Source of the DNA: an uncultured virus (IMG/VR IMGVR_UViG_3300033463_000084)
Taxonomy: Duplodnaviria; Heunggongvirae; Uroviricota; Caudoviricetes
IMG/VR virus record: IMGVR_UViG_3300033463_000084
Reading direction: 5' to 3' (one strand)
Length of the DNA stretch: 64,000 bases
Numbering within the stretch: position 1 is the stretch's first letter; each line of letters opens with the position of its first letter. The translations under genes and the position numbers were made by a program. The notes below the pieces were generated by a model that did no database searches, had not been told where the DNA came from, and saw only the letters and a program-made list of their open reading frames with translations. Below are positions 1-8,748 of this stretch, in pieces.

Positions 1-1
1 C

Positions 2-2293
2 CATAATAGCCCCCACTTGCTGAAACGTGCCGACGGCTCATTTATCGACCCCGAAACCGGCGAGCGTTTAGGCTTCGACCATAAGTTTATGTCAACTGGC
101 GAGGGCGCACAAGCGCACGGCTGGGGAACGTATGTAAGCGAGAAAGATTTACCCAATTACGCAGAAACCTATGTCAACCTAAACACATATCGCGGAAAGA
201 CAATAAACGAGATTAACGCCGAAGATATGCCGCGTCCATTGAGCGAGGCCATTTATAACGTATTAGAGGCGCTGGAAACACCCAGCCGCACACCGGCAGG
301 AATTATCGAGGAAAGAAAAGATTTCTGCACAAGAGAAATTGCCTATATAAAGGAGCAGAACAAGGCGGTAAGCAAAATCGCCAATATCGGCGACGATAGC
401 ATTGACTACGCGCACAATGAGGCCGAAAAGAAAAAACTATGCGATGAGATATGGAATAAAATAAGCGACACTACTGCTGGCCGCGATGTCGCAAGCCATA
501 TTGGAATGGATTTATATTACGGAACACCATACAGCGAATTGATAGCAGGCTGGCGCGATTGTTTTGAGCGGCAAATTGAGGACTATAAAGAGGAATACAA
601 GGCATACGAAAGGTTCGACCCCAACGACTTTGAACGGCACGAAAAAAAACGCCACCACTACATTGTTGAAATACCCGACAACAACGGCTGGAATTACATT
701 GAGGCCGACTTTGATTTGACGCAAGCGCAAATACAAAAAATACTCGCTGGCTGGAAATATATTGCCGACTACTCCTATATGGGAATGGCTTTGGAGTTGC
801 CAACCAACGATAAAGGCAAGTTGTTTGCGTATGATTTTGGCAAAGTGTGGGAAGGTGCAACATTATATCACTGGTTGAGAGATAGATTCGAGGGTGAAAA
901 CGACACCGAGAGAGCAATGCGCGCCAGCAAGTTCTTACACCGCTGCGGCTTTGTCGGAATACACTATTTTGGTCATTGGCGCGACGGCTCTTGCTACGTT
1001 ATCTTTGATGAGAACGACGCAAAGATTACCAGTCATAACTTGTTCGGGCTTGGCGAAGCGGACGAAGAAGCGATGGAAAAATGTCGCAAAGCGATAGAAA
1101 GGTCGAAACGGAAAATCGCAAATTGGAAAGCGGAATGGAAAATAGCCAAAGAGGTGGCAGCGGCAGAGGAACAAAGAGGAATAAAGGAACGGCTGGCGGC
1201 TATTTCGGCAAAGGCTGACGCGATAGTTGGCGAGAAACTGACAAGAGAAAGCTACAATAAGCTCAACCCGGCAGACAAAAAGAAAATTGACGAGCTGAAC
1301 GAGGAATATACTAACGTGCAACAAGAGTATAGTAAAACCATAGACCGCCCGTATGATTTGCTTGAAAAAATCAACGCTGAAGAACGGAAAGTCAGCGACC
1401 AAGAAGCCACGCTAAATAGGCTAATGAAAGAACACGCAGCGCAGCAACCAGCCGCCCCCGATAACAAAACAAAACTACTGAAACTCAAAGCAAAAGCGGC
1501 AAAGGCGAAGCTGGAGCTGATGAAGATTAGCGACGAATCGAAAGAACCGAAATACAAGGTTGGCGATAGGTTTTTAGATAAAAGAACGATAGTTGGCTAC
1601 AATCCCAAAAAAGGCTGGATATATCAAATAACGCAGGTTGGCTTCAATAACGCAAAAGGAAAGTGGATATACCTTGCCGATTTAATGAATGGCCGCGCTA
1701 TCAACAAAATACACGGACACGGCAAAATGTTTTATGACGAAGATTTGGATAGCTTTGCAAAGTTAAGTGATTCCGATAAAATGGGCGGCATAAACGATTT
1801 TGAAGAACGCCACGCGCTGTATCTTAAACTGCTGAACGACAGCAATTATTACGATGTAATGTTTAACCCCGAAAACGGTGGTTTGAAAGCCGTGCATTAT
1901 GGGCATAACTTTGATAAGGAAAAAGGCCATTACGAAAAAGAAGCAATGGAAGCAGGTTTTAGCGCAGGCCATTGTGTCGTTTTAGAAAATGAATCGGACG
2001 GAGATTTTAACCAAAGGTTTACGGAAGGGACTTGGGACGGGCTACCGCTTGAGATTGCTGGGCGAGAAACAGCAACGTCAAATAATATGCTTTCGGGGCT
2101 ATCACATTGTGCGTCAAAGCCAAAGACTAAAGTTGCGCTATTGTATTTGCCAAAGGAGTTTTCTCATAAGGTCTTTTACCGCACATTACAAAGATACAAG
2201 GGATTAAAAAAGGTCAACAACGGCCAATATAGAGAATTTGAAAGGATTATATGTATTCATAAAGGAGTTATAGTTGTTGATTGTGCGCTATAA
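2..2293 (+). CDS. Large polyvalent protein, 5'-truncated: ADP-ribosyltransferase-like domain, coiled coil, KLKAKAAKAKL tag, small KOW/SH3-like module, C-terminal CdiA-C-like nuclease
   Basis: Frame is open from base 2 (HNSPHLLKR...). Motifs GEGAQAHGWGTY, YIVEIPD, GFVGIHY and YVIFD fit polyvalent ART domains; the C-terminal YYDVMFNPENGGLKAVHYGHNFD...EGTWDGLPLEI resembles CdiA C-terminal nuclease domains of Bacteroidota phage proteins. Confidence 0.75.
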   Translation, partial: HNSPHLLKRADGSFIDPETGERLGFDHKFMSTGEGAQAHGWGTYVSEKDLPNYAETYVNLNTYRGKTINEINAEDMPRPLSEAIYNVLEALETPSRTPAGIIEERKDFCTREIAYIKEQNKAVSKIANIGDDSIDYAHNEAEKKKLCDEIWNKISDTTAGRDVASHIGMDLYYGTPYSELIAGWRDCFERQIEDYKEEYKAYERFDPNDFERHEKKRHHYIVEIPDNNGWNYIEADFDLTQAQIQKILAGWKYIADYSYMGMALELPTNDKGKLFAYDFGKVWEGATLYHWLRDRFEGENDTERAMRASKFLHRCGFVGIHYFGHWRDGSCYVIFDENDAKITSHNLFGLGEADEEAMEKCRKAIERSKRKIANWKAEWKIAKEVAAAEEQRGIKERLAAISAKADAIVGEKLTRESYNKLNPADKKKIDELNEEYTNVQQEYSKTIDRPYDLLEKINAEERKVSDQEATLNRLMKEHAAQQPAAPDNKTKLLKLKAKAAKAKLELMKISDESKEPKYKVGDRFLDKRTIVGYNPKKGWIYQITQVGFNNAKGKWIYLADLMNGRAINKIHGHGKMFYDEDLDSFAKLSDSDKMGGINDFEERHALYLKLLNDSNYYDVMFNPENGGLKAVHYGHNFDKEKGHYEKEAMEAGFSAGHCVVLENESDGDFNQRFTEGTWDGLPLEIAGRETATSNNMLSGLSHCASKPKTKVALLYLPKEFSHKVFYRTLQRYKGLKKVNNGQYREFERIICIHKGVIVVDCAL

Positions 2294-2376
2294 AAAGGGA
2301 GCGGGAGGCTGCGATTTCTCGCTCTACCCCCCGCATATCGTATTGCAAATATGGAAATAATATTTGAAACCGCAAA
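2292..2376 (-). ncRNA. Candidate small RNA with its own promoter, convergent on the 3' end of the polyvalent nuclease gene
   Basis: Minus strand: TTTG (2376-2373), 19 nt, CATATTTG (2353-2346, one mismatch to TAnnTTTG), then hairpin GCGGGGGG-TAGA-GCGA-GAAA-TCGC-AG-CCTCCCGC and a T run. Confidence 0.4.
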
Positions 2377-3223
2377 ACAAAATCGCAAAAAAATGATACT
2401 CGACAAATTCAACACGAAATTCAACCCCACACCAGCGCAGAAGCGCGTTTATAGGGCAGAAATGAACAAGTATATTCACAACGCGCACCCAATCCAGCCA
2501 ATCAACGGTTTGGGCGGTTGTGAGCCGCGCCACAACGACGAACCAGCCGCACCGCAGCCAGCTAAACGCCGTCTGCTTAAAAGCGACCAAATGAATAGTA
2601 TGGACTTTATGCGGGAAAAGTTTGAAATCATACCGCTTACTGGCCGGTGGAAGAAGCTAATCGGCTATCCTCAATCGGACAGCAAGATTATGTTTTATGG
2701 CAAGCCCGGAAACGGGAAAAGCACGCTGGCGCTCCAGTTTGCCGGTTACACCTCGCGGACGCTGGGCAGCAAAACGCTCTACGTTACCAGTGAGGAACCG
2801 TTCTCGTACACGTTGCAAGAGAAATTAAAGAGGCTGGGCGTAGCTAACCCTAATTTGACAATTACCGGCGAATTTCCAGCCGATGTCAGCAAATACAAGT
2901 ATATCTTCATTGATTCGGTTAATAATTGCGGAATGAAGCCCGAAGATGTAAGGAATTTGCCGCCCGACCACTTTTACGTGTATGTTTTTCAAACCACAAA
3001 GTCGGGTGCGTTTCGCGGCTCACAAGAATACTTACACGATGTGGACGCAGAGATAAAGGTTGAAGCAATGAGAGCCGTAGCTGGTAAGAATCGTTTTGGC
3101 GGTTATGAGGAAATTGAGGTGTTGCCGCAGCGCAACGAATCGCCAGCCGCAAAGCCGAAACCAAAATCAAAGCTCGACAAAGGCCGTGCGCTACTGGCTC
3201 AAACGCTGGCTGGCTTGAAATAA
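2351..3223 (+). CDS. RadA/Sms-like (RecA-fold) P-loop ATPase; start may be 2393
   Basis: Walker A GKPGNGKST, YVTSEE, Walker B YIFIDS, GSQEYLHDVD and KNRFG motifs; lacks the RadA Zn finger and Lon-like domain. Confidence 0.8.
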   Translation: MEIIFETAKQNRKKMILDKFNTKFNPTPAQKRVYRAEMNKYIHNAHPIQPINGLGGCEPRHNDEPAAPQPAKRRLLKSDQMNSMDFMREKFEIIPLTGRWKKLIGYPQSDSKIMFYGKPGNGKSTLALQFAGYTSRTLGSKTLYVTSEEPFSYTLQEKLKRLGVANPNLTITGEFPADVSKYKYIFIDSVNNCGMKPEDVRNLPPDHFYVYVFQTTKSGAFRGSQEYLHDVDAEIKVEAMRAVAGKNRFGGYEEIEVLPQRNESPAAKPKPKSKLDKGRALLAQTLAGLK

Positions 3224-3227
3224 AAAT

Positions 3228-3262
3228 AAAGCGAGGAAACCAACTAATGATTTCCTCGCTTT
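3228..3262. terminator. Bidirectional intrinsic terminator between convergent operons
   Basis: AAAGCGAGGAAA / TTTCCTCGCTTT perfect inverted repeat between the stops at 3223 and 3267. Confidence 0.8.
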
Positions 3263-3266
3263 TGCT

Positions 3267-3641
3267 TTATTTCTTTTTCTTTTTGCTCCGTTTCTTCCTG
3301 CTTTTGGCGATAGCCTTACTTTTCGGTGTTTGCTTGCCAAACACTTTGCCAGCCAGCGCAATTCCAGCCAACGCTAAACCGCCCATAATCCATCGGCGGC
3401 GTGGGGGAGTGGCGGTGGTGTCGCTTGGGGTTAGAATCTCGCCGCCCGGTTTGATAAGCTGGCCGATTTTCAGCAGCCCCAGCATTGTAAGGTTTTGTTC
3501 GGCGGTGCCGGAATAACTCTCGATGTTATTGGCTTGCGCTATTTGTGCGCGATAGTTGTATGAGGTTTGCTCACCCATTTCGGCCAAAGCGTTTACAAGG
3601 CTCGATTTTTCCTTTCCAATGTATTGTTTGAAATATTCCAT
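3267..3641 (-). CDS. Small membrane protein with C-terminal TM and basic tail
   Basis: RRRWIMGGLALAGIALAGKVF followed by KSRKKRSKKKKK. Confidence 0.75.
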   Translation of the reverse strand: MEYFKQYIGKEKSSLVNALAEMGEQTSYNYRAQIAQANNIESYSGTAEQNLTMLGLLKIGQLIKPGGEILTPSDTTATPPRRRWIMGGLALAGIALAGKVFGKQTPKSKAIAKSRKKRSKKKKK

Positions 3642-3645
3642 ATAG

Positions 3646-4125
3646 TTATAGCATTAAAAGTCCAGTGAAGATTGTAAACACAACCGCAATCTCGGCCCAA
3701 AACGTAAGGTTGCGGAATCGGTTGATGGCGCAGCCAGCCAGTCCTGCCACAGCGCCAATAACGATTGACTGCCAATCGCCAATGAGCGCGAAAAAGGCAA
3801 TGGCCGAAGCAGCCCAAACAGCGGCGGCGGTGTAGTGAGTGCCGCGTGTCAGTGTTTCTTTGAACGCGGCGGCAGCTCCAACAAACATCATTCCGCTGAC
3901 CGATAAAAACGGCAGAAACTCATACCGACCGGCGCACTTATGCTCCCAATAGATAACAGTGAGAACACCAACCGCCCATATCACAAAAGTAAATAGAAAG
4001 CGGAGGTTGAAAATGTGCCATAAGTAGTAGGTGTTACTTATGCTGCACGGTATTCCGAATACAATTATTGTGGCCGCAAGATAGACCACCAATATTGCCA
4101 AAGCAATCAGTAATAAATTTTCCAT
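3646..4125 (-). CDS. Multi-pass integral membrane protein (start corrected to MENLLL)
   Basis: About five hydrophobic segments; the N-terminal extension in the ORF track overlaps a terminator. Confidence 0.75.
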   Translation of the reverse strand: MENLLLIALAILVVYLAATIIVFGIPCSISNTYYLWHIFNLRFLFTFVIWAVGVLTVIYWEHKCAGRYEFLPFLSVSGMMFVGAAAAFKETLTRGTHYTAAAVWAASAIAFFALIGDWQSIVIGAVAGLAGCAINRFRNLTFWAEIAVVFTIFTGLLML

Positions 4126-4156
4126 ATTATTGTATTTTAAATCGTTAGTTTTCTTT

Positions 4157-4193
4157 AAAAAGGCCACCCCCCGACGGCGCGGAGCGTGGCCGT
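4157..4193 (-). terminator. Intrinsic terminator
   Basis: Minus-strand GGCCAC...GTGGCC stem followed by TTTTT, just after the stop of 4198..4491. Confidence 0.6.
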
Positions 4194-4197
4194 GCAA

Positions 4198-4491
4198 TCA
4201 CTTGCTCACCCTTTTCTTTGCAGATTTGATGATTCTGCTGGTTGCCTTTGCCGCTGACTTACGCGCACGGGCAAAGATTTTACCAGTGGCCTTGCGGATT
4301 CTCTTTGCAGCTGCGGTCATTACCTTACGAGCTGCGGCGGCTGAACGTTTCTTGCCGCCTTTCTTCTTCGTTCCTTCCATAGTTTTTACGGATTTTGAGT
4401 TAGACATCTTTTTGTTATCTTTAAGCAAGCGCGTGGCAAGCAGAGCCGCCGCCCCTGCAAAAATTATTTTCGTTGTAGTTTTTGTTTCCAT
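4198..4491 (-). CDS. Small Lys/Arg/Ala-rich basic protein with N-terminal hydrophobic segment
   Basis: KIIFAGAAALLATRLL followed by a histone-H1-like KKRSAAAARKVMTAAAKRIRK tail. Confidence 0.75.
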   Translation of the reverse strand: METKTTTKIIFAGAAALLATRLLKDNKKMSNSKSVKTMEGTKKKGGKKRSAAAARKVMTAAAKRIRKATGKIFARARKSAAKATSRIIKSAKKRVSK

Positions 4492-4502
4492 ATTGCTGAT
4501 TT

Positions 4503-5252
4503 TTAATTGTTCCCGTATATTTCTTTTAAAATATTCGATATATGGTGTGTGAGCTTGGCCTCAATATCGTCTTTCTTTGAGTTAAAGCCAGTTCCCCAGC
4601 CGTGCCAGCCTATTTTAACGTCAACCATAAGCGAATAATCGTCGCGGTGCATACTTTTGGGAGAATGATAAATGTTGATAACCCCAATTAGCTTATTGCC
4701 GCCCTTTACTTTTCCTCGTATTTCTATTTGCTTCGACGAATGGCCAGCATAGTCGCGGTCAAAAACACTAACTTTCAACTTTTTATCTTTGTATTCGTCG
4801 GTTTGCGCCAAACGGCTAACTATTTTAACCGCCAACTCTGCAAATTCTTGGCTTCGGTCGTTAGTGTCGGGATATAGCGCGTGTTCAACGATTAGGTCAG
4901 TTGTGTAAATTATCGCCCCTCTAAAATCTTTGTCGGAATAGGTGTTGATATAACAATCGTTGCTATTCTCGCCGTCGAAATGAAAACTAATAGTTCCCCA
5001 TTGATTAGTATAGGTTTCGATTGTGCCTATAACTTTGCCAGCCGAAAGAATTTGCATTGTTTTTCCGTCGGTGGTGCTGGTTAAACCCTTGTATTTTTCG
5101 GTGGCGGCAAGCTCTTTTATGTGGTCAGCGGCCACTTGCAGCCATTCCAACACCTTGCTATCGGGCGCGGTGTCGCCTATCTTCATAAGTGCCAGCTTCG
5201 CTTTTGCGGCTTTAGCCTTTAGTTTCAGTAATTTAAGTTTCTTGTTTTCCAT
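4503..5252 (-). CDS. Hypothetical protein with N-terminal KLKAKAAKAKL tag and two related alpha/beta repeats
   Basis: Begins MENKKLKLLKLKAKAAKAKLALMKIGD; internal similarity LAATEKYK...VIGTI vs LAQTDEYK...LIGVI. Confidence 0.75.
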   Translation of the reverse strand: MENKKLKLLKLKAKAAKAKLALMKIGDTAPDSKVLEWLQVAADHIKELAATEKYKGLTSTTDGKTMQILSAGKVIGTIETYTNQWGTISFHFDGENSNDCYINTYSDKDFRGAIIYTTDLIVEHALYPDTNDRSQEFAELAVKIVSRLAQTDEYKDKKLKVSVFDRDYAGHSSKQIEIRGKVKGGNKLIGVINIYHSPKSMHRDDYSLMVDVKIGWHGWGTGFNSKKDDIEAKLTHHISNILKEIYGNN

Positions 5253-5263
5253 AATTGCGCGAT

Positions 5264-8200
5264 TTAAAGTTTCATTAGTTCAAGTTTTGCCTTTGCTGCT
5301 GCGGCTTTGAGTTTTAGCAGCTTGATATTGCCATTGTCATTTTCCAGCTCTTTTGCCTTTTCTTGCGCGTCCATTGTTTCCTTGTTTCTAATGCCGAGCT
5401 TTTGGCAAGTTTTCACGAATTGTTCTTTGGTATCGCAATGAAAGGCCACATACCAGTTTTTGCTCTCATAGTAATCGTCAATATTCTCGTCGGTGTCTTT
5501 TGATTCGCTAACAACATCATCAATAATACCGCCAGCTTCAGTAACCTCGCGTCGCGCATAATTTATATCGCCCTCGTTTTCACAGTCGGCTATATAATAG
5601 ACATCGCGATATTCAGCAGCGCCAAGTCCGCTTAAACTCAATAGTGCCAGCTTTGCTTTGGCTGCTTTTGCTTTTAGCTTTAGCAGATTAAGGTTCGGGC
5701 GGCTTTCCTCTTGGTGTTTTAGCAGATAGCCGGTTTCGGTGTAGCCTACGGCTTTCTTCACTTTGTCGAGATAGCCGTCTTTGATTGTGTAGATATATTC
5801 GTTGTCGTTCTCGTTTTTACAGTCGAAAGCGTGTTTAATGCAGCGCCAGCCTAAATAAAAGTCAAATTCGGTTTTCGCCCGTTTGCTGTTCCAAGTGGCT
5901 ATACGCAAGTAGTCGCCAATAACCATTGCTTCAGTCGGTGGTGGTGTTTGGTCGTTGCGCTTTCGACTGACAAAACAATCGTGCAGCATAAAGGCCAGCA
6001 CCTTTCCTGCCTCACGGCGCTCGTCGATTGGGGTATCGGAGCCGGAAACGCCCTCGAAAATATTGTCGCTATCGGGACTGAAATGGCCGTTGTTGTAAGT
6101 GGCTGATTTTATTTGGTTGGGTTTGAAAACAACAAACAATTTATCGCTTTCATCAATCGGATTGGTTACAATGATTCCGTCGTAGTCGCCGGCCTCGTAT
6201 TGGTGCAATAACTTGGAAGTCTGCATATCAAACCATTGTTGACTGTCGTACCCACGTTGCGCTTTGAATTTGTCAATTTGAACAATCAACGGTTTTTCAA
6301 TCCGCAAATACACGCCTAACACAATCGGCTTGCCGCCAGCCATATCAACCGCACCCTCCGCGTGGTCTTTCGCTGTGGTTTTGTCGGCTGTGAAGAAAAA
6401 GCCTTTGTCTTTTAATGGTTTGTTTTCTTCAAAATCCCATTTTGTGCCATTATCCCAAAGTCCGAATTTGGCCACATCGAAAGTGTCGAACTCGGCGTTT
6501 GTGCCGTGATAGACTACAAGGGGGTTGCCGTCAGCGTCAACAACTTTTGAACCGCTGAACCAAATGTCGAATGGGGCGGCGGCGTTAGTGTCGGGAAGTG
6601 GGGCGGATTGGTCGGTAGGCTGTACTGCTTTTTTATGTTCTATTACTTTTGCGTAACCCGAACAATCAACAAATTCGCCAGTTTCTAATGCGTGGCCAAA
6701 TCCATTGATTATAGCATCAATAATTTTCTCGGCGTAAGCTTCGTAGTCCTCTTTTGAATATCGATATTCAGTGTATTCAACATCAGCGTCGGGATATTTA
6801 TGTTCAAACAAGGCCACATAAACGCTAATGTTAAAATCGGCATTGTTCGCTTTGAAATTTTTGGGATTCGCATTGTGGTTGCTAATACGGAAATTTAGCA
6901 GCCCTTTTGGTGTTATGTAATAGTTATAAGAACTTTGTCCGTGATAAATCATTTTAAACAAACGGCGCAACCATAAAAGCACTCTGCCCAAACTTTCAAG
7001 TTTGAGTTTTTTAAGCGGTATGTCAAACGGCTTATAATCGCCGTTTTGGTATTTCTTTAGATTGTTTTTTGCTGATTGTGTGTTTTTTTCTAACTTTGCC
7101 TCGTCAATGTCGATTTGGGAAAAGGTGTTGTTAGAGCTACCTAAAAGGCTTGACTTTCTTCCGAACAATGCTTCAACACTTGGCTCGGCATTGTGCAGAC
7201 GAAGATTAGCCGATTTCATATCGGCTTTTTTTGTGCCTTGCAGACCTTTTTCCGCTTCGTGTTGCTGGTCTTTCCATTGGGCAAATTCCAGCAGACAATC
7301 CCTTATCATATCGCAAACGGCTATAGCGGCTTTTACCCTTACTCCTTTGTCTAACAATTCCCCAGTAATACGTGTAACAATATCGTGCGCTGCCATACGG
7401 TTTTGAAAATATAGGCTGTCGGTAGTGTTTTCAGGGTTTTCGTACTGGCGTTTTTTCCATTGGCTGATTTCGACCATCGCATTAACTAACATCAACGACA
7501 ATTCCTGCGCCGCTTCAACCTTTACGCGGCCTTTGGTTATCAGTCGCATAAAGAATTTATGCCGCTCATCGTCAATGTATTTGCCCTCATTGGTCGGCTG
7601 CTTGGCTTTTTTTGTGCCGTGCAGACCCTCTAAACTCATTGTTTCAGCATTGAACATTTTGCCGCTTTTGCGCGGTACGGAGTGGGCAACGTGTGTGCCG
7701 TGTTTGCGGTTGTAGCGGTCGATTATGTCGCGCGCTTCGCGGTCGCTGATTATGCGGTTGATTCGGATTGCACCGGCAATGTACCAGTCCAGCTCGTCGG
7801 CTTGCGCGGCCTTGCGGTTGGCGTTAGTGCAGCGAATGTAATAGCCGTTTTCGGGCAGATAGTAAAGTTCGCCGCCATTGGCTCTTGCCACAGCGCAGTA
7901 GTCAATGTCGGCTGATATTTCGATTTCGGTAAAAACAAAACTCTCGTCGAGGAAGCCTTTTGGGTGGCTTTCGGTTTTGTCGTAGGCAACTTGGTTCATA
8001 ACTGGCAGCTGTCCGGCGTGCCAGCCCGGACGGTAGGAGTAACTATCGTTTTTAACCTCTTTGCCGCCGCTTTTTGAAATACCCCATTGCTTGTAGCCTA
8101 TCTTGGTGGCTTGTTTGATTACGTGAATCCAGCGCTGGTTATTGGCGTTGGCGCGTTTTATATCTTCTTTCGATATGCTGGCGCGGTGGTCGATAACGCG

Positions 8201-8425
8201 CTGCGTTTGCAGGTCGATAAGATGGTTGCCAAAATCGAGCCGTTGCAGAACATCGAGCGAGGGAGCGTCGGCATTATACCATACACCGATTTCCAGCGGT
8301 TTGGCGCGGTCAATGTATAGCGGATATAACTTGCCGTCAACCAGCCGCATAAGTTTGTACGCCTTAATTGTTTTGCGCGGTGCGGCTTCGGTGCGGATTG
8401 AGCCTAAAGAGTGTTCGTGTTCCAT
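5264..8425 (-). CDS. Large polyvalent protein with an ART-PolyVal-type ADP-ribosyltransferase domain and two KLKAKAAKAKL tags
   Basis: GSKVVDADGNPLVVYHGT...GFFFT...VYLRIEKP...YDGII...VVFKPNQIKSA (about 6060-6580); N-terminal KLYPLY...RPGWH module; RISNHNA module. Confidence 0.8.
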   Translation of the reverse strand: MEHEHSLGSIRTEAAPRKTIKAYKLMRLVDGKLYPLYIDRAKPLEIGVWYNADAPSLDVLQRLDFGNHLIDLQTQRVIDHRASISKEDIKRANANNQRWIHVIKQATKIGYKQWGISKSGGKEVKNDSYSYRPGWHAGQLPVMNQVAYDKTESHPKGFLDESFVFTEIEISADIDYCAVARANGGELYYLPENGYYIRCTNANRKAAQADELDWYIAGAIRINRIISDREARDIIDRYNRKHGTHVAHSVPRKSGKMFNAETMSLEGLHGTKKAKQPTNEGKYIDDERHKFFMRLITKGRVKVEAAQELSLMLVNAMVEISQWKKRQYENPENTTDSLYFQNRMAAHDIVTRITGELLDKGVRVKAAIAVCDMIRDCLLEFAQWKDQQHEAEKGLQGTKKADMKSANLRLHNAEPSVEALFGRKSSLLGSSNNTFSQIDIDEAKLEKNTQSAKNNLKKYQNGDYKPFDIPLKKLKLESLGRVLLWLRRLFKMIYHGQSSYNYYITPKGLLNFRISNHNANPKNFKANNADFNISVYVALFEHKYPDADVEYTEYRYSKEDYEAYAEKIIDAIINGFGHALETGEFVDCSGYAKVIEHKKAVQPTDQSAPLPDTNAAAPFDIWFSGSKVVDADGNPLVVYHGTNAEFDTFDVAKFGLWDNGTKWDFEENKPLKDKGFFFTADKTTAKDHAEGAVDMAGGKPIVLGVYLRIEKPLIVQIDKFKAQRGYDSQQWFDMQTSKLLHQYEAGDYDGIIVTNPIDESDKLFVVFKPNQIKSATYNNGHFSPDSDNIFEGVSGSDTPIDERREAGKVLAFMLHDCFVSRKRNDQTPPPTEAMVIGDYLRIATWNSKRAKTEFDFYLGWRCIKHAFDCKNENDNEYIYTIKDGYLDKVKKAVGYTETGYLLKHQEESRPNLNLLKLKAKAAKAKLALLSLSGLGAAEYRDVYYIADCENEGDINYARREVTEAGGIIDDVVSESKDTDENIDDYYESKNWYVAFHCDTKEQFVKTCQKLGIRNKETMDAQEKAKELENDNGNIKLLKLKAAAAKAKLELMKL
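7068..7232 (+). ncRNA. Candidate antisense sRNA unit (promoter and terminator) nested inside the polyvalent CDS
   Basis: TTTG 7068-7071, 19 nt, TAACTTTG 7091-7098 (full Bacteroidota consensus); terminator AGCCGAT-TTCAT-ATCGGCT plus T6 at 7208-7232. Confidence 0.5.
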
Positions 8426-8439
8426 AATCGGTGTGGGTG

Positions 8440-8736
8440 TTACTTTGCGGCCTCGTAGATTTCGGGCGCGGTCGTTACGTTGTAGATATAATCGCCGCAG
8501 CGTACCAGCAAGGCCATTTTAGCGTGGTATTTTTTTCTCATACCAGTTACGCTGCCGGGCTTGGCGAATTTCGGGTATTCACTGATTTTCCAGCGTTTGC
8601 CCTCTGCAACGGTCATTGATTTAACTCTCGGTGCGCGGCGAGTTGTCGCGCCTAATGTGCGTTTTGCCGATGGACGGCGTGTTGTGGTTTTCCTTGCTGC
8701 TGTGCGCGTTGTGCGCTTTCTTGTAGTAGTTGTCAT
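8440..8736 (-). CDS. Small basic protein with Arg/Thr-rich N-terminal tail ending KRTLG
   Basis: MTTTTRKRTTRTAARKTTTRRPSAKRTLG followed by a small globular domain. Confidence 0.75.
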   Translation of the reverse strand: MTTTTRKRTTRTAARKTTTRRPSAKRTLGATTRRAPRVKSMTVAEGKRWKISEYPKFAKPGSVTGMRKKYHAKMALLVRCGDYIYNVTTAPEIYEAAK

Positions 8737-8748
8737 ATTCAGCTTGTT

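Noticed and set aside
2351..3223. Host radA gene
   Set aside because: Lacks the N-terminal Zn finger and C-terminal Lon-like domain and sits among viral genes
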